Source: Rhizobium sp. Q54
GTDB taxonomy: Bacteria; Pseudomonadota; Alphaproteobacteria; Rickettsiales; UBA1997
Direction of reading: 5' to 3'
Length of the DNA: 64,000 nt
Assembly: GCA_945875865.1 (NCBI GenBank)
Contig: CAMCMF010000003.1
Location: 8,418 to 72,417 of the forward strand
The notes beneath the pieces are model-generated. The model was not told where the DNA came from and did not search any database. It saw only the letters and a program-made list of their open reading frames with translations. The position numbers were made by a program, and so were the translations under genes. Positions 55,420 to 64,000 of the stretch are shown here, in pieces; the first letter of the stretch is position 1, and each line of letters begins with the position of its first letter.

Positions 55420-56133
55420 CTACAGTAAAATTTCTTGTTGTTTCAGGATGGTACTTTTTCTTATCGCCAAAAAATTAACATATTCTTGTAAGTGTGATTT
55501 TATTTTTTTCGGCAGAGTTTTTGCTTGAGATAATCTTGCTTGAGCTATGTCTGACGCGCTTAGGCCAGCATCATAAAAAATCGATTCAGCTGATTCAAAA
55601 TATTTAGTTTTGTAAGCTTCTGTGGTGGTTAATTCTATTTGAGAATCATCGTAGCGAGTAGAAAAAGCGCGAACGGCATGCAAGCGTCCAACCATAGCGC
55701 AAGCAGCATGAAGTGGCGTCCAGCCGCTGGAATTTTGCACAAAAATCTTCATGCCTTTTTTAATTCCATCATCAAGTTGCTTTTCAATTTCATCCTCATT
55801 CGACCATTTGGCGATATATTGTGCGAGGGTTGAATTGTGACTTCCCGATTGTTCATTGATTTTTTTTGTACCGAGATTTTTCAGCGCTAAATCCAGCCAA
55901 TGATTTGTCATCAAACGTCCTATAACTGGTGATGATGCTGCGGCGATGTTGAATGCAGTTTCGCCTTCTTGATTGGCTTGATGAATATCTGCGCCAGCTT
56001 CTAGTAGCTTGGTTACTAGAGTTTCAATTTCAGTTGGAGATATTTTTTTCTTCGCTTCTTGTTGAGCAATTTTATGAAGCGGCGTCCAACCATTTTCATC
56101 AATTACATCATTAGCTTTTTTAGAAATTTTCAT
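55420..56133 (-). CDS. ankyrin-repeat protein
   Basis: Repeats with GWTPLHKIAQ..., GETAFNIAAA..., GWTPLHAACAMVGRLHAVRAF... Confidence 0.7.
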   Translation of the reverse strand: MKISKKANDVIDENGWTPLHKIAQQEAKKKISPTEIETLVTKLLEAGADIHQANQEGETAFNIAAASSPVIGRLMTNHWLDLALKNLGTKKINEQSGSHNSTLAQYIAKWSNEDEIEKQLDDGIKKGMKIFVQNSSGWTPLHAACAMVGRLHAVRAFSTRYDDSQIELTTTEAYKTKYFESAESIFYDAGLSASDIAQARLSQAKTLPKKIKSHLQEYVNFLAIRKSTILKQQEILL

Positions 56134-56139
56134 TTTCGT

Positions 56140-57003
56140 TTAAAATATCATTGATGATCTCGAGTTGTTTTGTGGCGGGCGGATTTTTTTATCTGAAATT
56201 TTTTCTAACTCGAGGCTGGCTTTCCATAAAGCCCAAGCGCGGGCGCGATTCCATGTTTCGTGATCTAGTTGCAAATTTTCTTTAAAAATTTTCCGACTTT
56301 TATTTTTAAAAAATGTCCAGGCGATTACCAAATCGCAAGCGGGATCACCAATTGCCATGCCGCCAAAATCAATCACGGCAGTGAGTTGATCATTTTTGAT
56401 CAAAATATTTCCGCTGCTTAAATCGCCGTGAATCCAAATTGGATTTTTTTTCCATTCTGAGTTTAGAGATTTTTCCCAAAGCGAAATTGCTGCACCAAAA
56501 TCGATAAAATTTTCCAATTTTTTAATCGCTGATCTTGCTTCAGAATCATAAAATTTTGGATGAGCGCCGCGAAAAAAATTATGTGCTCCAGGCATGGGAG
56601 AGTCAGTGATATCTACTTTGTGCAATTCATTTAAAAAGGCGGCGAGTTGCGAGGCGATTTTTTGCAAAGTTAAATCATCAATCATCAAGTTATTGGCGCT
56701 GTCACCTTCGATCCAGCGATAGATTGACCAAGGATAAGGATAGTCTGTTGTGGGTTTTCCAAGCGCTACAGGCTGTGGAATTTTTAGCGATAAATGCGGA
56801 GCTAATTGCGGCAACCATTTTTGTTCGATCGCAACTTTTGCGGCGTAAATTTCAGCGCTGGGAAGTCTGATTAACATTTCATCGCCCAAGCGAAAAGTGC
56901 GATTATCATGTCCGCTAAATTCCACAGAATTTATTTTGAGATCAACCCACTGAGAAAATTGTGAGCTGATTAATTTTTTGGCGAGAGTGGTGTTGATGTG
57001 CAT
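56140..57003 (-). CDS. APH-family phosphotransferase (aminoglycoside/choline kinase-like fold)
   Basis: Catalytic loop HGDLSSGNILI and VIDFGGMAIGDPACDL; the substrate cannot be inferred. Confidence 0.75.
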   Translation of the reverse strand: MHINTTLAKKLISSQFSQWVDLKINSVEFSGHDNRTFRLGDEMLIRLPSAEIYAAKVAIEQKWLPQLAPHLSLKIPQPVALGKPTTDYPYPWSIYRWIEGDSANNLMIDDLTLQKIASQLAAFLNELHKVDITDSPMPGAHNFFRGAHPKFYDSEARSAIKKLENFIDFGAAISLWEKSLNSEWKKNPIWIHGDLSSGNILIKNDQLTAVIDFGGMAIGDPACDLVIAWTFFKNKSRKIFKENLQLDHETWNRARAWALWKASLELEKISDKKIRPPQNNSRSSMIF

Positions 57004-57112
57004 TTTTTTTGTAGGTGTCCCCAATAACTCTTTAACAAACCAAACTCACCTTGCTCTCAAAACATTCCATCAAAATTAGTAATTCTTAATTTTGTCTAAA
57101 TTTTTTTAGTTT

Positions 57113-57215
57113 GTCACCCCGTCTTTATGATGGGGCCTATCTTGCCGCGACTGTTGAGATCAATTTAATTTCCGAATATTTGACGAAATGGACCCCGTCA
57201 TAAAGACGGGGTGAC
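57113..57215. repeat. palindromic hairpin-doublet repeat, family B (outward arrangement, long spacer)
   Basis: GTCACCCCGTCTTTATGATGGGGCC...TGGACCCCGTCATAAAGACGGGGTGAC. Confidence 0.8.
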
Positions 57216-57318
57216 AATAATGGGAAATGAGCTAGAACAAGTATGGTTAATACTTAATTTCTTAAGCGTTGGGTTGGGTGTAATGTGTTTCTCGGGGATG
57301 ACACCGAGGGGGGCTAAA

Positions 57319-58122
57319 TTACAGCGTTGTGATTAATTCCATCTCCTCATCCAAAAGCTCAAAATCAAAAATATTTAAATCAGCTTTCATGTGATTTTCA
57401 TCGCTGGTTCCGGTGAGTGGAATGATTCCGATTTGATGAGAAAAGCGGAAAATAATTTGTTCGGCTGCTGTTTTATATTTTATGGCGAGCGAAGTAACCA
57501 CGCGGCTTTGCACGATTTGTGGATTGGCAGTGAGCAATGAAAAACCTTGATAGTGAATATTATTTTTTAAACAAAATTCGCGCACTTCTTTGTCCCAACC
57601 TCGATTAGCGTAACATCTATTTTGTACGAACATTGGTTTGATTTTTGCGCTCTCAAATAACATTTCCATTTGCTTTAAATTCACATTGCTAATGCCGATC
57701 ATTTTCGCCGCGCCACTTAGATAAATTTTTTCTAAAGCCTGCCACACTTCAAAATCCTCAGAGCCGAGAAGTGGATGATTGTAAGGGCCGTGGAGTAAGT
57801 AAGAATCTAGATAATCGGTGTGAAGATGTTGCAGTGAGCTGGCGAAAGATTGTGCAACTTGAGTCGCAATATCCGCTTTTGGATCGTAAGGCAGGCGATG
57901 ATCTTGACCATCAATTGAGGTGAATTTTGACTGCAACCAAATTTCTTCGCGCTTAATTTTGCTGCGTTGCAAAGTCTCTCCCACCAAGGCTTCGCTGTAA
58001 TGTTTGGCTTGATTGGCAGTGTCGATTGCGCGGAATCCTGATTGCAAAGCGAGCTCAACTAAATCGGTTGTGGCTTCTTTTTTCCAGGCCGTTCCGTAGA
58101 TGAAGTTGGGGATTTTTTTCAT
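57319..58122 (-). CDS. aldo/keto reductase
   Basis: ...YGTAWK...FRAIDTANQAKHYSE...LDSYLLHGP... Confidence 0.8.
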   Translation of the reverse strand: MKKIPNFIYGTAWKKEATTDLVELALQSGFRAIDTANQAKHYSEALVGETLQRSKIKREEIWLQSKFTSIDGQDHRLPYDPKADIATQVAQSFASSLQHLHTDYLDSYLLHGPYNHPLLGSEDFEVWQALEKIYLSGAAKMIGISNVNLKQMEMLFESAKIKPMFVQNRCYANRGWDKEVREFCLKNNIHYQGFSLLTANPQIVQSRVVTSLAIKYKTAAEQIIFRFSHQIGIIPLTGTSDENHMKADLNIFDFELLDEEMELITTL

Positions 58123-58144
58123 ATCGGGTTGTTCAGTTTTTTAT

Positions 58145-58214
58145 GTCATCCCCGCGAAAGCGGGGATCCAGTTTGTTTCAAGATTCTCTGGATCCCCGCT
58201 TTCGCGGGGATGAC
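58145..58214. repeat. palindromic hairpin-doublet repeat, family A (outward arrangement)
   Basis: GTCATCCCCGCGAAAGCGGGGATCCAG - 16 nt - CTGGATCCCCGCTTTCGCGGGGATGAC; a half-unit remnant lies at about 57294-57312. Confidence 0.9.
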
Positions 58215-58227
58215 ACCGAGGGTTTTG

Positions 58228-59454
58228 TTACGCAGCAGCCGATTTTAATTTTACCTTCAACTTCATGCTGAAGATGAAATAAACAAAAATTGTCACGATG
58301 CAAAATCCGCTGTAGTAGGAATGTTTGAGCAGCGATAAAATATCAACTTTGCAAATGCTGCTCGCCAAGATTAGTTGCGGCGCATAGTAAACTAGAGAGT
58401 GCACGTAGCATGACGACATATCGATGAAGGTCGCCATTTTATTGCGATCCAACTTTAATTTTTCCGCCAAACCCTTCGCGATATCGCCGCACATGATGAT
58501 AGAAATTGTGTTGTTGGCGGTGATGAGATTGGCGATGATTACGAAGAAAAATAATACGCCGTAAGATGCACCTTTACCGAATTTCTGCGAAGTTTTTTTC
58601 AGAGTATTTTCGAGGTGATCCATCCAGCCGTGATATTTTATCGCCGAGTTAATTACCGAAGCCAAAACCACGAAAGATGAAATCTCGAACATGCTGCTCA
58701 TGCCGCTAACCATGGCCTTTATCAGTGCAATCATTGAAATATCGATCACTGCGCCGATGGTAAAAGAAATCAAAATGCTCAGCATCAAAACGAATAAAAC
58801 GTGAAAGCGCATGCAGCCTAAAATGATGACTAAAATGTAGGGCGTGATGATTAGAAAATCTTTCAGACTTGGGACGTAATCGCTGGCGATAGCTTCGATT
58901 TGGAATTCGGAAATTGCATAAGTGATGCAAGTTAAAATTATTGCTGGTGCGATGAGTTTTAAATTGAGGAAAAACTTTTTGTCATTTTGTGCATCTTGTG
59001 TTTTTATTGCAGCGATTGTGGTGTCAGAAATCATCGATAAATTATCACCCAAATAAGCGCCGGCAATTGCGGCAGAGGCGGCGAGTGCGGCGTTGGTAGA
59101 ATTATCGCCAGAGATCGCCAAGCAAATTGGCGCCATGGTTGCGATGGTTCCAACTGAAGTTCCAATTGCTGTCGCGATCAAACCAGAAACAATAAAAATT
59201 CCCGGCAAAATAAAACTTTGCGGAATGGCATAATAGATCAGCGATTTCAAAACCTCGATTGAGCCCATTCCAGCCAAGGTGTTAGCAAAAGCGCCAGCAA
59301 GAATAAAAATAATAATCATCTGCGTGATGCCGCTGTTTAACGAATTTTCGATGATGTGATCGATGCGATTTGTGAGGGTGACTTGCTTTTTTCTGATCAG
59401 AAATAAAGCGAAGATGATGGGGATGGTGTAGAAAATAATTGGGATCGAAGTCAT
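58228..59454 (-). CDS. NhaC-family Na+/H+ antiporter-like transporter
   Basis: Polytopic membrane protein with ...GAYLGDNLSMISDTTIAA... (NhaC GDxxSPISDTT-like motif); start uncertain (ATG 59454 or TTG 59541). Confidence 0.65.
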   Translation of the reverse strand: MTSIPIIFYTIPIIFALFLIRKKQVTLTNRIDHIIENSLNSGITQMIIIFILAGAFANTLAGMGSIEVLKSLIYYAIPQSFILPGIFIVSGLIATAIGTSVGTIATMAPICLAISGDNSTNAALAASAAIAGAYLGDNLSMISDTTIAAIKTQDAQNDKKFFLNLKLIAPAIILTCITYAISEFQIEAIASDYVPSLKDFLIITPYILVIILGCMRFHVLFVLMLSILISFTIGAVIDISMIALIKAMVSGMSSMFEISSFVVLASVINSAIKYHGWMDHLENTLKKTSQKFGKGASYGVLFFFVIIANLITANNTISIIMCGDIAKGLAEKLKLDRNKMATFIDMSSCYVHSLVYYAPQLILASSICKVDILSLLKHSYYSGFCIVTIFVYFIFSMKLKVKLKSAAA

Positions 59455-59621
59455 AAAAATGCGAAATAAATTTATAAATCTAGTGGTCGTAAAATTGGAT
59501 GAAAAATATTCTCGATAGCTGATTTTACTGGTTAAAAGCAAGATTTTCTACGCGTGTAGAAAATTCATTTTAGAGAAGTTAATTTAATTTTTTTAAGCCG
59601 TAATAAGTTTACAACCAAATC

Positions 59622-60050
59622 TCAAAACTGAATCGACATTTCTTTGTGAGAAATCCCGGCGTCTAGATATTCTTCGCTACAAATTTTGAAGCCGAGTTTT
59701 TCATAAAAATTAATGGCATGGATTTGCGCGCCAAGAGTTGCTGTTTTGACTTTTTTGCTTTCAGAAATTTTTTGAATCAAAAATTCCATTAGCTTTTTTC
59801 CAAGTCCTTGTCCCTGAAATTCATCAAGAATCGCCACTCTTTCAATTTTTGCCTTATCTTTAAAATAGCGAATCCGTGCCGCGCCAGTTGGAATGCCATT
59901 TAGTAAAAGAAGGTAATGTTGCGCTTCATCATCATTTTCGATTTCAAGATCGAGCGGAACTTTTTGTCCCTCAACAAAAACTTTTTTTCTAATCGCCATG
60001 CAGATCGCGATTTCATTGGTGGCTGTGGCTTGTTTGATGTAGATGTTCAT
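59622..60050 (-). CDS. GNAT-family N-acetyltransferase
   Basis: 142 aa; acetyl-CoA motif A ...VAILDEFQGQGLGKKLMEF... Confidence 0.8.
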   Translation of the reverse strand: MNIYIKQATATNEIAICMAIRKKVFVEGQKVPLDLEIENDDEAQHYLLLLNGIPTGAARIRYFKDKAKIERVAILDEFQGQGLGKKLMEFLIQKISESKKVKTATLGAQIHAINFYEKLGFKICSEEYLDAGISHKEMSIQF

Positions 60051-60112
60051 TTGAAAAAAGAATTATTGAACTCGGTTAGCTTTTCTGATCTTAATGAATT
60101 TATCAGGCGTTA

Positions 60113-60163
60113 CAAAACAAAAAAGTCCGGCAGATCGCTTATTTCTAAGGTCTTGCCGGACTT
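60113..60163 (-). terminator. rho-independent terminator of the hsdR-orf265 transcript
   Basis: Minus strand: AGTCCGGCA-21 nt-TGCCGGACT followed by TTTTTTGTTTTG. Confidence 0.55.
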
Positions 60164-60296
60164 TATTGGTTTTCTTCAAATTGTAGAACTGGCGGAGGGG
60201 TGAAGTCCACATTAAGCCATTTTAAGACTTACAAACAAAGGATTTATGTGAATGTAGAAATCAATTCTACCCCCATTTGTACCCCCAGAATTTATT

Positions 60297-61094
60297 TTAT
60301 CTTCCGCCTCTTTGAGCTTGAGATAAGCAAGATCGATATTCTCGAATTCTAGATTGAGTCTCATCATCAATAATTTGTTTTGAAGGATTTGTTTTGTCAT
60401 CTCTAAACCCCAAAACCTCTTTTATCTTTTCTCGATCGCATTCAACAAGCTCTGCCTTTTCTTCGTCCCAAGTGCAAAACTCAATTTTTTTGCCAGTAGT
60501 TGCCTCAAGAACTTTTGCAAAAGCATAGCCTTTTCTGAGGCTGTCTTCATTTCGATGAACTAAGATCGCATCAACGTCAGAAAATTTATGTCTGAATAAG
60601 CCTTCAGTCCAAGGAAGAGACGGGTCTTCTGGTTCGCTAAGCCCATCCTCTTCACATTCTAGTTTATATTTTGCGTGATCTCGTGAAAGCTTTTCCCATT
60701 GTCTTTTTACTACTCTTGAAGCTTCTCCCTCAGTGGTTCTAACAAAACTGTTATCTGTTAATTGAGCTTCAAATGCTTGCTCGGTTAGTGGTGATTTAAA
60801 GATACTGTCCGAAACCTCGCAACGCATAGAATTTCGAAACATCACATTTCTATCGGCCTTGGTTCTGTTGATTATGAGTCCAAAAGCAGTTTTATCACTT
60901 TCAAAGAAATGTTGCTTAACTCCGTTGGTAAAAAACTGAAACGCTGAAACGGGAGTAAAATTTATTTGTGCCGCATGTTCGCTTTTTTTAGGGCAACGAA
61001 ATTGTTGCGAGGCAAGCTGTTCGCTAGCCAATCTTTCTCTGATCGAGAGTGTTCTTAATTCGGTTTCAGGTTTAATGATTCTAATCCAAGGCAT
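60297..61094 (-). CDS. hypothetical protein (265 aa) co-oriented with and 12 nt downstream of hsdR
   Basis: Stop-free ORF; no signal peptide or TM segment; no motif I can assign. Confidence 0.5.
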   Translation of the reverse strand: MPWIRIIKPETELRTLSIRERLASEQLASQQFRCPKKSEHAAQINFTPVSAFQFFTNGVKQHFFESDKTAFGLIINRTKADRNVMFRNSMRCEVSDSIFKSPLTEQAFEAQLTDNSFVRTTEGEASRVVKRQWEKLSRDHAKYKLECEEDGLSEPEDPSLPWTEGLFRHKFSDVDAILVHRNEDSLRKGYAFAKVLEATTGKKIEFCTWDEEKAELVECDREKIKEVLGFRDDKTNPSKQIIDDETQSRIREYRSCLSQAQRGGR

Positions 61095-61106
61095 AGTCAG
61101 TCGGCG

Positions 61107-64000
61107 TTATATTATTTCCCTCAATTTCTCGGCCACCATCTTATCAATACATTTTGTGAGATAGGCTTTGAAGTCTTGATTGTCGTGATAGTTGTTAAAA
61201 AGCTCCAAGTGATTGTCCACATCCTCAACCATCTTCTCATCAAGAAGTTTTTGCAAAACTAGCAATCTGTTTGATTTGTCGGAATCTTGAAGAGAGTGAG
61301 TAATTCTTTTGTCAGCAACGATGTCATCAGACAGATCAACCAACATTCTTTTAAGCTTGTCCTCGCCAGTAAAATTTGTTCCGAATCTCTCGTTAAAGTC
61401 TTTTACAATATTGCTTAAAATATCTTTTTGGTCTTCATTTCCAGAGCCAACCACGGTTGTTGGCATTGGCTCAATTTCATCTGCTTGAGCCAAGTTAATC
61501 CGTGCATTTGAAGTGATTTTCTGGTTTCGGTAAGAATCAAAATCAACTGAGTCCAAAACATCTTGCGCAATAATGCTTTCTTTCGAGCCAAGGTGAGCGA
61601 TCTTCTTATTCAGAATTTTCAAAAATTGATAAAGCTCTTCAAACTCAGCAATTTCGTAAGGTAAAATTTGAGCGATAAAGCCATAAAACCTCACATAGGA
61701 TTTAGTTTTATCCTTAAAATCATCAATCTGATCAAGAGGCAGCTGCTTCACATTTAACACAACCGCATCAAGAATCGCATGTAAAGATTCAACTGATTTG
61801 CCGCTCAAAATCTCTGTCGCAAATTTATTCACCACAAACTTGCTATAAACCTCAAAGGCATCAATCGCATCTTTCAAGTCATTAAGTTTATTTGGATCAG
61901 AGGCGCTGGATAAAATCGTGGTCTGGTAATAAGGCTCAAATGCTTGCTTTATGTCGTCTTCTTTGTTGTAAAAATCCAAAACAAATACCTCATCTTTCTG
62001 AGGACATGTACGATTTAGCCTAGAAAGAGTTTGTACCGCATTAACTCCGCCAAGCTTTTTATCAACATACATAGTTTGCAAAAGTGGTTGGTCAAAACCA
62101 GTCTGAAATTTATTGGCGCAAATTAAAATTTGATAAGAGCTGCTTTCAAACTCATCAGCTATCAAGCCAGAGCTAAAGCCGTTAAGTTTCGGCTCATTCC
62201 ATTCAATTCCATCAAGATCAACTTCTCCAGAAAAAGCCGTGATCACTGCCAATGGATAGTTGTTTTCACCAATGATCTTTTTGAAAGCGAAGTGATATTT
62301 AGCGGCATTTTTACGGCTTCCACAAACCACCATTGCCTTAGCTTTCCCACCAACCAAGCCTTTCAAATAAACTTGGTTGTAAAAGTGATCTAGCATGATT
62401 TCAGCCTTTCTCTCGATGGTAAAAGAGTCGCTTTCTACGAAGTTTTTAAGTTGTCGGTTAGCTTGTTTCTTACTGTATTCATCATCTTTGTCCTTGGTGA
62501 CAACTATTTTGTAATAGCTTTGATAAGTGGTGTAATTGCTCAAAACATCTTTGATAAAATTTTCTTCAATTGCCTGCTTCATTGTGTAGCTATGAAATGC
62601 TTTGAATTTTCCTTCAGCATTTTGCGTTCCAAAAATTTCTAAAGTTTTGTTTTTTGGCGTAGCGGTAAAAGCAAAATAGCTGGCATTTGCCAACATTTTT
62701 CTGCCTTTCAATGTTTCTAAAATAATATCTTCATCGGTCTTTTCTTCTCCATCCGCGTCATCTTCATTTGCAATTGCCTTGTTCATTTTAGCGACCATCT
62801 CGCCACTGGTGCTTGAATGGGCTTCGTCAATAATGACGGCAAATTTATTGCTGCTAAGTTCGCCAATGGTATCAACGATCACAGGAAATTTCTGAATTGT
62901 GGTGATGATAATTCTTTTTCCATTTTCTAAAGCTTCTCTCAATTCTTTGCCACTTTCAACTGCTGCAATAACTCCTTTTTGATGGTCAAAGCTGCTAACA
63001 TTTCCGCTTAATTGAGTGTCTAAAATTTTGCGGTCAGTAATTACCAAAATACTGTCAAAAACATTGGTCTTATCATCAAGTGCATAAAGACTTGAAAGCT
63101 GATGAGCCAGCCACGCAATTGAATTACTTTTTCCACTTCCAGCACTGTGTTGAATCAAATATTTTTGCCCAGTTCCTTTTTGCTTCGATTCTTCCAAAAG
63201 CTTACTCACAACATCAAGTTGATGATAGCGCGGGAAAATCAACTTTTTAACGCGCGTAATATTGCCAGTTTTTTTATCCTTCTTTTCCTCAACAATGCTT
63301 TGAACAAAGCCGCCAATTAATCTGCTTAAACAACTTTTGGTTAAAATCTCTTCCCACAAATAGCTTGTGGCAATACCACCTTGATTTGGTGGATTGCCAG
63401 CTCCGTCATTAAATCCTTTGTTAAAAGGCAAAAACCAAGTTTTCTCATCTTCTAACTTGGTTGCCATGTAAACCAAATCTGTATCAACGGCAAAATGCAC
63501 CAAGCATCTTTCAAATTTAAAGAGCTCTTCTTTTGAGCTGCGGTCTTTTTTATATTGCCAAACTGCATCCTTAACACTTTGGCCAGTCAGCAAGTTTTTA
63601 AGCTCCAAAGTGATGATTGGTAAGCCATTAACCAAAATCACCAAATCAAGTGAGTTATTGTTAGATTCAGAATAATAAAGCTGACGCGCACAGGCAAAAA
63701 TATTGCTTTGCCACAATTCTAAAGTTTCAGGATTTAGAGCGGAATTGGGCTCTAAATACATCAATTGAAAATGACAATTTAAGTCTTTCACGCCTTTGCG
63801 TAAAACCTGTAAAATGCCTTTTTCTTTAATCTCTTTTTGCAAGCGTGCCAAAAATTCTTTTTGATAATCAGCGCCGCGATTTTGCTTTAGTTTGGTAAGT
63901 TCTTTTGGTTGACTTTTTTCAAAAAATTCAAAAAGCAAACTGGCGTCAACGCAGTCTTTCTTGCTGTAAAAACCAGCATGTTCAGAGCTATAAAACCTTT
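61107..64000 (-). CDS. hsdR: type I restriction enzyme R subunit (HsdR), 5' end outside the window
   Basis: N-terminal nuclease region (...LDLVILVNGLPIITLELKN...), helicase motifs HSAGSGKS (I), IIDEAHSS (DEAH, II), FTATP and TLSRLNR. The frame stays open to nt 64000 (...GFYSSEHAGFYSKKDCVDAS-LLFEFF...), so the listed TTG at 63938 is not the true start. Confidence 0.85.
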   Translation of the reverse strand, partial: RFYSSEHAGFYSKKDCVDASLLFEFFEKSQPKELTKLKQNRGADYQKEFLARLQKEIKEKGILQVLRKGVKDLNCHFQLMYLEPNSALNPETLELWQSNIFACARQLYYSESNNNSLDLVILVNGLPIITLELKNLLTGQSVKDAVWQYKKDRSSKEELFKFERCLVHFAVDTDLVYMATKLEDEKTWFLPFNKGFNDGAGNPPNQGGIATSYLWEEILTKSCLSRLIGGFVQSIVEEKKDKKTGNITRVKKLIFPRYHQLDVVSKLLEESKQKGTGQKYLIQHSAGSGKSNSIAWLAHQLSSLYALDDKTNVFDSILVITDRKILDTQLSGNVSSFDHQKGVIAAVESGKELREALENGKRIIITTIQKFPVIVDTIGELSSNKFAVIIDEAHSSTSGEMVAKMNKAIANEDDADGEEKTDEDIILETLKGRKMLANASYFAFTATPKNKTLEIFGTQNAEGKFKAFHSYTMKQAIEENFIKDVLSNYTTYQSYYKIVVTKDKDDEYSKKQANRQLKNFVESDSFTIERKAEIMLDHFYNQVYLKGLVGGKAKAMVVCGSRKNAAKYHFAFKKIIGENNYPLAVITAFSGEVDLDGIEWNEPKLNGFSSGLIADEFESSSYQILICANKFQTGFDQPLLQTMYVDKKLGGVNAVQTLSRLNRTCPQKDEVFVLDFYNKEDDIKQAFEPYYQTTILSSASDPNKLNDLKDAIDAFEVYSKFVVNKFATEILSGKSVESLHAILDAVVLNVKQLPLDQIDDFKDKTKSYVRFYGFIAQILPYEIAEFEELYQFLKILNKKIAHLGSKESIIAQDVLDSVDFDSYRNQKITSNARINLAQADEIEPMPTTVVGSGNEDQKDILSNIVKDFNERFGTNFTGEDKLKRMLVDLSDDIVADKRITHSLQDSDKSNRLLVLQKLLDEKMVEDVDNHLELFNNYHDNQDFKAYLTKCIDKMVAEKLREII

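Noticed and set aside
59543-59564. Palindrome ATTTTCTAC-GCGT-GTAGAAAAT between the GNAT and NhaC genes
   Set aside because: It is a single 9-bp-arm palindrome with no T-run and no repeated occurrence in the window. It could be an operator or weak terminator, but the evidence is too thin to call.
60212-60400. 62-aa ORF overlapping the 3' end of orf265 in another frame
   Set aside because: It could indicate a frameshift in orf265 or a small coiled-coil ORF. I have no homology support either way, and it overlaps a longer ORF, so it is not called.

Overview
AT-rich, gene-dense bacterial chromosome segment; G+C was judged by eye, not computed. About 60 protein genes are mostly housekeeping: frr-uppS-cdsA, thiG, coaE, argH, ftsW, mutM, queH, mtaB, class I lysK, trpS, nadA, pth, gcvTH, secG, kdsA, bioA, bamD, hisD, lptAB, nhaA, glmM, rnj, coaX, aspS, trmD and rhlE. 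It also carries tRNA-Gly(GCC) and RNase P RNA. Class I LysRS, RNase J, a VirB3 homologue, an ankyrin-repeat protein and abundant palindromic repeats suggest an intracellular or endosymbiotic alphaproteobacterium (Rickettsiales/Holosporales-like). That assignment is inference only. The main observations are: (1) alaS is split into two intact ORFs 22 kb apart and in permuted order. (2) At least six families of palindromic or MITE-like repeats occupy about 25 loci, including an in-frame 87-bp insertion in a CDS, nested insertions, and tandem copies sharing a TA. (3) A small GIY-YIG nuclease gene is bracketed by one repeat family, an arrangement resembling REP/RAYT, and lies in a 187-bp duplication that also copies the mtaB 3' end. 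(4) Frame breaks occur in poly(A) runs in trmD (A9) and in the GIY-YIG gene (A8). (5) Two divergent operons each end in a prepilin-LamG paralogue. (6) A virB3 gene has no T4SS neighbours. (7) The right end is accessory-like (ankyrin, APH-family kinase, AKR, NhaC, GNAT) and ends in a type I restriction hsdR, cut by the window edge, with a co-transcribed unknown 265-aa gene. All functional calls come from reading motifs in the translations. No database search was run.
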